DNA of 64,000 nt from the NCBI GenBank assembly GCA_029856155.1, contig JAHQWL010000052.1:96001-160000 (forward strand), in the 5' to 3' direction. Shown one piece after another: positions 57,866-64,000 of this stretch. Each line of letters starts with the position of its first letter. The stretch's first letter is position 1. The position numbers and the translations under genes were made by a program. The stretch is from Promethearchaeia archaeon (lineage in GTDB: Archaea; Asgardarchaeota; Lokiarchaeia; Sigyniarchaeales; SOKP01). The notes beneath the pieces are model-generated. The model searched no databases. It worked only from the letters and a program-made list of their open reading frames with translations, and had not been told where the DNA came from.

Positions 57866-58831
57866 TTAAACTTCTACCTCCAATTTCTTTTTTGTATTTT
57901 CCATTGATTTCATTTGTATTGAAGATTTTTCATAGTATTTTAGAAAGATATCCTCAAGTGCAGGACTTGTAACATCAATATCTCTTACTTCAGATTGTGA
58001 AAGTAAATTTAGTATTTTGGATAATTCTTCACGTGAAATCATAAATGATGTTTTAGTTTCATTTAAAATAACAGAATCAACTATTCCAGTAGGAATCTTT
58101 TTTGAAAATTGTTGGAGAGCTTCTTTAGTTTTAAATTCAACTTTAATTTCTTTCATAGCCATATTTTTCAGTTGTTGAATAGTTGCAACTTCTACAATTG
58201 AACCATCTCTTATGATACCAACTCGATGTGCAACCCGTTCAACTTCCCCTAGTAAATGTGAACTTAAAAGAACTGTAGAACCCGTTTCTTTTTGTTGATC
58301 ATGAAGTATATTATAAAACTCAGCGGTAATTAAAGGATCTAATCCAGATGTAGGTTCATCAAGAATTAGTAGCTCAACCTCAGGCGCTAAAGCGAGTATT
58401 ATACCAATTTTCTGTTTATTACCCTTACTAAGTTCCTTTACTTTTCGATCAAGTTCCAGATTGAAAATTTCAGCTAATTCCTCAATTCGTCTCAAAGAGA
58501 TATGATTTTCATAGAGCCCTAAAAGATATTTGAGATTTCGTCGTGCTGTTTTATTTTGATATAAGCCTAATTCTCCAGGCAGATAAGCTGTACGCTGACG
58601 AATTTTAGTAGAATGATGGTGTATATCAAGATTGAAAATTTGTGCTCTGCCAGATGTTTTATAAATTAAATCAAGAAGAAGTCTACAAGTTGTTGTTTTT
58701 CCCGCTCCATTAGGACCAAGAAGACCAAATATTTCCTCGTTATATATTTCAAGATTTAGATTTTCAATACCTCGTGATTTGCCGTAAAATTTTGTTAAAT
58801 TTTGCGTTTGAATAATAGTTTCTTTAGACAT
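57866..58831 (-). CDS. ABC exporter ATP-binding subunit (paralog)
   Basis: GPNGAGKTT, LSKGNKQK, DEPTSGLDP, SSH. Confidence 0.93.
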   Translation of the reverse strand: MSKETIIQTQNLTKFYGKSRGIENLNLEIYNEEIFGLLGPNGAGKTTTCRLLLDLIYKTSGRAQIFNLDIHHHSTKIRQRTAYLPGELGLYQNKTARRNLKYLLGLYENHISLRRIEELAEIFNLELDRKVKELSKGNKQKIGIILALAPEVELLILDEPTSGLDPLITAEFYNILHDQQKETGSTVLLSSHLLGEVERVAHRVGIIRDGSIVEVATIQQLKNMAMKEIKVEFKTKEALQQFSKKIPTGIVDSVILNETKTSFMISREELSKILNLLSQSEVRDIDVTSPALEDIFLKYYEKSSIQMKSMENTKKKLEVEV

Positions 58832-59050
58832 TTATTTTCTACTCCGTAAATTTTACTTTTTTAATTTAGACTTACAGATTTTTTTTCTATTTATGCTTTA
58901 ATTAGACATACCTAAAGTTTAATTTTATGTATTCACTTTTTTCAAATTTTAGGAATGCTAATATTTGTAGAAAAAACAAACTATTTAAATGTTTCATAAA
59001 TTTCAAAATTTATTTTTAATATTTGGAATTTTAAAAAAAAATTAAAGGAA

Positions 59051-59199
59051 CTAAAATTTATTGAAAATATCAAAACGAGAATAATGTCCAATTATATCCA
59101 ATTTTTGGCACTCCTGGATTGTTAATAATAGATCTATGTCGGTATAAAGTATCCCTTCCTCATCTATTTACCATATAATATCGCTTTTGGAGATTTCAT
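59051..59199 (-). pseudogene. Nitrilase C-terminal remnant
   Basis: Minus strand 59167-59051 reads IDEEGILYTDIDLLLTIQECQKLDIIGHYSRFDIFNKF*, matching the nitrilase tail EEGILYADIDL...D..GHYSRPD; an in-frame stop lies directly upstream. Confidence 0.7.
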
Positions 59200-59209
59200 A
59201 TACTTTGAA
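59195..59209. promoter_or_regulatory. TTCA-N7-TGAA operator
   Basis: TTCATATACTTTGAA upstream of the third regulator. Confidence 0.55.
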
Positions 59210-59346
59210 ACTTGGAAAAGTTTAAATTATTGAGATTCTATATAATAATTAAGGATATAATATCTGAAAATAGTGTAATAGACCTTGTACTATTAATCTT
59301 TATCAATGAGATCTTAAAATTATATAAATAAAACAAAGAACATAAT

Positions 59347-60420
59347 ATGATTCGATCAATGACAGGAGAAGAGGAACCAAGTCATCTTTTCGATAAAAAA
59401 TTACGAGAATATGAAGACAAACTAGTGGAAATTCTATTAGAACTTGGACAAAGTAAGAGAACTAATCCTAAAATGTCAGCAATTGCCTGTTATTTGCTTA
59501 TTCATGGGATACTAACTCAAAAAGAATTAAAAGAATTAACAGGATTTTCAATGGGTACTATATCGACTTATCTATCAGTCATGCTTGGTACAGGAAACTT
59601 TCAAAAAATACGTATTCCTCATACACATGCATTTATGTATTCTTTTTCTGGTGAACTTGAAGCACTTACTACAAGAGCGGTTGAGTTCGCATTGAGTAGC
59701 TTAAGTTCATTAGAGATTTATTTAAAAAACAAAAAGAAAATTTTAACTAAATTAATTGAGAAGTCTATGAATGGTGCTAAACACCTTTCAGAAAGAATAG
59801 AAGAATTAATTGAAAGCTTTGAGAAATATAAAAAAATTTTTCCTTCTGATGGAGATTCAACTGAAGAAATTCAACACCAAACACCTACAAAACCTGTAAA
59901 ACGACCTAAAAATGAAAAAGAAGAAGCAACAGAAATTATATTTCATCCTGAAGTTTATTTAGTTGAAGATGATATCATAAATCAACTTATATCTTTACCA
60001 ATGTTCTCTATGCGTGATCCTATGTTTATTAGAATTTTCGGGTATTTCATGACAAGGAAGTATCTTACCCAAAATACATTAAAAGGAATTACAGGTTTAT
60101 CATCTGGGAAAATTTCTGAAGAAGTAAATCAACTTTTAGAGAATGAACTTATCTATATAGCTAGTACTTCAGAAAAAGGAAAAATAACTTATGGTGCTGA
60201 TTCATTTATATTACTTAGATTTACAAGAAATATAATCATTAGAATGAGAAAAAAGGTAAAAGACTTAGAAAATATGAAATTACTGTTAAAAAAGAATAAG
60301 TCTGATTTGGAATTTTTAGAGGGTTTTTCTCAGATTTATAAAATCTATGACTACACTTTAAGTGCAATATCAAAGTATAGTAAATATTTTGAGAAAATAG
60401 ATAAATTGATTGAATCGTAA
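59347..60420 (+). CDS. Tandem double GbsR-like wHTH regulator
   Basis: LTQKELKELTGFSMGTIS and LTQNTLKGITGLSSGKIS. Confidence 0.8.
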   Translation: MIRSMTGEEEPSHLFDKKLREYEDKLVEILLELGQSKRTNPKMSAIACYLLIHGILTQKELKELTGFSMGTISTYLSVMLGTGNFQKIRIPHTHAFMYSFSGELEALTTRAVEFALSSLSSLEIYLKNKKKILTKLIEKSMNGAKHLSERIEELIESFEKYKKIFPSDGDSTEEIQHQTPTKPVKRPKNEKEEATEIIFHPEVYLVEDDIINQLISLPMFSMRDPMFIRIFGYFMTRKYLTQNTLKGITGLSSGKISEEVNQLLENELIYIASTSEKGKITYGADSFILLRFTRNIIIRMRKKVKDLENMKLLLKKNKSDLEFLEGFSQIYKIYDYTLSAISKYSKYFEKIDKLIES

Positions 60421-60476
60421 AAAAAATTATTTTAAAATTTCAATATTAGCTTTTTATTTAATCCTGTGTTAAATTA

Positions 60477-61385
60477 TTACATACGGATTAAGTTTTTTCT
60501 TTCCATGTTTTGGATTCTAGGGTCATTTATATAAGAATCTAAGGTTTTTATAAACATATCTCGATCTTCTTTTATATTTGAAGATTCTATTGTACAATAA
60601 TTAGATACATGGTCGTTAAAGACTTGAGAAGTAACATTTTCACCTAAATTAGCGATAATGTCTCTCTCCTCTTTTATGTTTTCTAATGGGCTCAATAACT
60701 CAAATTCACCAGATTTCCATTCATCCCAAAGAGGAGTACCAGGCAATATATTTAAAGTTCGGAACCGAAAAATTGTTGGGTTAATTTCAGTTAGCACTCT
60801 AGCAGTCTCTTTTACATGTTCTTCTGAATATTTATGGCTACCTAACCCTAGAATTATGTATAGGGATAATTTAATTCCAGCGTCTAAAATTTTCTTTCCT
60901 GCTTTAATCATAGATTCTGCATTTGTTCCTTTTTTCATAATTCTTAATATTGTATTTGAACCACTTTCTAGGCCCATATAAACAATATCTAATCCTGCGT
61001 TAGCTAATTTTATTAATTCCTCATCAGATTTTTTTAAAATGTCTAATGATTTAGCATAACAACTTACTCGAGGAACATTTCTTAGCTTAACCCTTACATA
61101 TTTAATGATTTCGGCTAAATATTCGGTTGGTGCCGACGTAGGATTCCCTCCCGCTAAAAAAACTGGAAATCCATGATAATTCGATTGAGCATATTTATCA
61201 ATATCTTTTTTAACATCTTCTAAGGATCGTATAGCATAATCTTGAATAACACCATAAACACCTTTATATGTGCCACAAAATCGACATTTGTTCCACGAAC
61301 AACCACCAGTTACAGGTATTAAAACTGAATAAGCTTCTACTGGAGGTCTAATGACAATTTCTGAAGGAGGGATTTTTGTTGTCAT
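60477..61385 (-). CDS. Radical SAM protein
   Basis: CSWNKCRFC (CxxxCxxC), YMGLESG, PGTPL. Confidence 0.9.
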   Translation of the reverse strand: MTTKIPPSEIVIRPPVEAYSVLIPVTGGCSWNKCRFCGTYKGVYGVIQDYAIRSLEDVKKDIDKYAQSNYHGFPVFLAGGNPTSAPTEYLAEIIKYVRVKLRNVPRVSCYAKSLDILKKSDEELIKLANAGLDIVYMGLESGSNTILRIMKKGTNAESMIKAGKKILDAGIKLSLYIILGLGSHKYSEEHVKETARVLTEINPTIFRFRTLNILPGTPLWDEWKSGEFELLSPLENIKEERDIIANLGENVTSQVFNDHVSNYCTIESSNIKEDRDMFIKTLDSYINDPRIQNMERKNLIRM

Positions 61386-61507
61386 AAATCTTTTGTATTA
61401 AATATCTTTAAAAATTGTATTATCACACTTATTGTTTTATTAAATAAAAATAGATTTTTAGATATTATCATTATATTTTACAAAAAGTTAATGAATGATA
61501 AAGGAGA

Positions 61508-63106
61508 TTGTTTTTGAATACTATTTTTAATTGGGATTTTGGATATCCATCCAAACGAATGCCTGTTTTAGCAAATAATATAGTGGCAACTTCCCAACCC
61601 TTAGCTTCACAAGCGGGACTTCAAATGATTTTAAAAGGTGGAAATGCTGTAGATGCTGCTATTGCTTCAGCAATAACATTAACTGTCGTAGAACCCACAT
61701 CTAATGGGATAGGAAGTGATGCATTTGCAGTTTTGTGGGATGGTAAGAGAGTGATTGGCTTAAATGCATCTGGTAGAGCCCCCTCAGCATGGACACTAGA
61801 GCATTTTTCTCAATATAAATCAATACCAACAACAGGGTGGGATTCAGTAACCATACCGGGAGCAGTTTCAGCATGGGTTAAGCTATCACAGAAATATGGC
61901 CAATTAGAATTTAAAGAATTATTTGAACCTGCTATTAAATATGCGGAAAATGGATTCTTAGTTTCACCCATTATTGCAGAAATTTGGCCCTTCCTCTCAA
62001 AACGGTTTAAACGACGAAAATTCCCAAATTTTCATGATACTTTTATGTTCGAGGGGAAAGCTCCAAAACCTGGCGATTTTATTAAATTTCCATCTCATGG
62101 AAAAACCCTAAGGAGTATTGCAGAAACTGATGGTGAATCTTTTTATAGTGGAGATTTAGCTAAAAAGATTACGGAACATGCAAAAAATACTGGGGGATTA
62201 ATTACACTTAATGATCTAGAAAATCATAAAGCAACATGGGAAGAAACTCTAAGAATAGAATTTAATGGAGTCAATTTGCATGAAATACCTCCTAATGGGC
62301 AGGGATTAGCAGCTTTAATAATGTTAGGAATTTTGAAAAATCTTGATTTAAGTATTTATGAAACAGATTCCCCAGAATGCTTACATCTACAAATTGAAGC
62401 TATGAAAATAGCATTTGCTGATGCTTATCGATACATATCTGATCCAGCAACTTTGGAATTTAATCCTTCTTTCCTCTTAAAATCAAGTTATTTATCCAGA
62501 AGAGCTGATTTAATAGATATTGACCGTGCTAAACAATTTAATTCAGGTAAACCAACATTCGGAGATACTGTATATTTAAGTACTGCTGATTCAGAAGGAA
62601 TGATGGTTTCATACATACAATCAAATTATGAGGATTTTGGATCTGGAATTGTTATCCCCGGAACTGGAATAACTCTTCAAAATCGAGCTAGAGGTTTTAA
62701 TTTGATCGAAGGTCATCCAAATCAAATAGGTCCAAATAAGAGGCCTTATCATACAATAATTCCTGCATTTGTAACAAAAAATGAGAAACCATTAATGCCA
62801 TTCGGGGTAATGGGAGGTTCTATGCAACCACAGGGACATGCTCAAATGATGATTAGGATATTTCAATATGGTCAAAATCCACAAACGGCAGTAGATGCTC
62901 CCCGTTGGAGAGTTATGAATAATCTTGAAGTAATTCTTGAAAATGGGTTTGAAACTGACATTTATAAAAGTCTATCAAGATTAGGGCATCACGTATCTAA
63001 AGAGCGTTTCTATAAATTTGGAGGTGCTCAAATAATATATAAACTTGAGGATGGTTATTTGGGAGCTTCAGATTGGCGTAAAGATGGGCAAGCCGTCGGA
63101 TTTTAA
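61508..63106 (+). CDS. ggt: Gamma-glutamyltransferase family protein
   Basis: GGNAVDAAIA, NGIGSD, PPNGQG, GDTVY nucleophile Thr, KRPYHTIIP, GVMGG..QPQGH, SDWRKDG. Confidence 0.93.
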   Translation: MFLNTIFNWDFGYPSKRMPVLANNIVATSQPLASQAGLQMILKGGNAVDAAIASAITLTVVEPTSNGIGSDAFAVLWDGKRVIGLNASGRAPSAWTLEHFSQYKSIPTTGWDSVTIPGAVSAWVKLSQKYGQLEFKELFEPAIKYAENGFLVSPIIAEIWPFLSKRFKRRKFPNFHDTFMFEGKAPKPGDFIKFPSHGKTLRSIAETDGESFYSGDLAKKITEHAKNTGGLITLNDLENHKATWEETLRIEFNGVNLHEIPPNGQGLAALIMLGILKNLDLSIYETDSPECLHLQIEAMKIAFADAYRYISDPATLEFNPSFLLKSSYLSRRADLIDIDRAKQFNSGKPTFGDTVYLSTADSEGMMVSYIQSNYEDFGSGIVIPGTGITLQNRARGFNLIEGHPNQIGPNKRPYHTIIPAFVTKNEKPLMPFGVMGGSMQPQGHAQMMIRIFQYGQNPQTAVDAPRWRVMNNLEVILENGFETDIYKSLSRLGHHVSKERFYKFGGAQIIYKLEDGYLGASDWRKDGQAVGF

Positions 63107-63306
63107 ATATGTTTAAATCATTTAAAATGTATCAAAATTTTCAACTTTTAAAACTCTTAATAATATTAGAGAGTTTTCAAGTTTTCAAGCAAATTATTTA
63201 AGGTTCATATTATTCTCTCAATTAAATCTGTTGAATAATTAATATTATTTAATAAATCATAATAATATTGAATTTAATCTAAAATAATTAGGGAGAATAC
63301 GGATCT

Positions 63307-63903
63307 ATGAGTTATGATCGAAAAAACATATTACTTAGCTTTAAAATAGTAATATGTGGCGCCAGTTCAGTTGGTAAGACATGTTTATTTAACAGATATT
63401 GTTTTAATTCATTCAATTTTGACACTTCTCCTACAATTGGTGTAAATTTTCATTCTGTTTATTTAGAGATTAATAAAGAAAATGAATCTGAAATAATGAA
63501 AGAGAATTATATAAACAATTCTATTTTTGACTTTGGAGGGCAAGAGAGATTTGCCCCATTGATTCCTAAGTTTATAGAAGGTGCAAATGGAGCTTTATTA
63601 GTATTCGATTCCGTAAATTATCCATCCTTTCATCAGTTAGATTTCTGGTATGATAAATTAATTGAGAATGCTGTAGATTCATCAATTCCTATAGTTTTAG
63701 TTGGGAGTAAAAGCGATCTAATAGACGAAACACCCGATTCTGAAATTGTTGACGAGGAATTAATTAATAACTATATAAAAGAGAGAAAAATAGAAGGATT
63801 TTACAAAACATCTGCTTTAGAGAATAATAATGTTTTAAAGGTTTTTAAAGAGTTGAATAATTTAATGTTAAAAAGACTACGTAAGCCTTATATTGTTATT
63901 TAA
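63307..63903 (+). CDS. Rab-like small GTPase
   Basis: GASSVGKT, PTIGVNF, DFGGQERF, SKSD, TSA; no C-terminal Cys. Confidence 0.9.
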   Translation: MSYDRKNILLSFKIVICGASSVGKTCLFNRYCFNSFNFDTSPTIGVNFHSVYLEINKENESEIMKENYINNSIFDFGGQERFAPLIPKFIEGANGALLVFDSVNYPSFHQLDFWYDKLIENAVDSSIPIVLVGSKSDLIDETPDSEIVDEELINNYIKERKIEGFYKTSALENNNVLKVFKELNNLMLKRLRKPYIVI

Positions 63904-64000
63904 AATTGAAGAAAATTTTTTAGTAATCTCTTTGAATTACAAAATCTGAAAATTCGTTGAAAAATTTTTTTTGTTCTTTGTTTAAGTCGGGATAAATATC

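Noticed and set aside
63140-63185. Imperfect inverted repeat after ggt
   Set aside because: Cannot distinguish terminator from operator from chance in AT-rich DNA
1-64000. rRNA, tRNA, CRISPR arrays, transposases, integrases
   Set aside because: None recognised; no long GC-rich non-coding stretch or repeat-spacer array was seen

Overview
This is an AT-rich, gene-dense archaeal window, most consistent with an Asgard archaeon (Lokiarchaeia-like). That call rests on archaeal housekeeping genes (nadA, a tRNA-splicing endonuclease subunit, PINA ATPase, a Ski2-like helicase, folD, purH, guaB) sitting among many eukaryotic-signature-type genes: an actin-related protein, two Rab-like GTPases, two longin-like proteins, a HEAT/winged-helix protein and long coiled coils. 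Reading beyond the ORF track gave six main results. (1) A threonine-synthase-fold/winged-helix fusion keeps its PLP lysine but has lost the substrate-phosphate motifs; it converges on a PdxU2/HmpT-type ECF S-component whose promoter carries two overlapping 20-bp palindromes. This is a candidate new vitamin B6-sensing regulator. (2) A hidden 84-aa ubiquitin/SUMO-like gene ends in QAGG-F. (3) Three genes appear to initiate at ATT. (4) The actin-related protein carries a ~120-aa double zinc-ribbon insertion. (5) A 51-60 kb island of ABC exporters, an acyltransferase and tandem GbsR-like regulators shares TTCA-N7-TGAA operators, some arrayed at a 17-bp period, and contains a nitrilase relic. (6) There is also a candidate structured ncRNA and a SAM-like microprotein. 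No rRNA, tRNA, CRISPR array or transposase was seen. All family assignments come from motif recognition by eye; no database searches were run.
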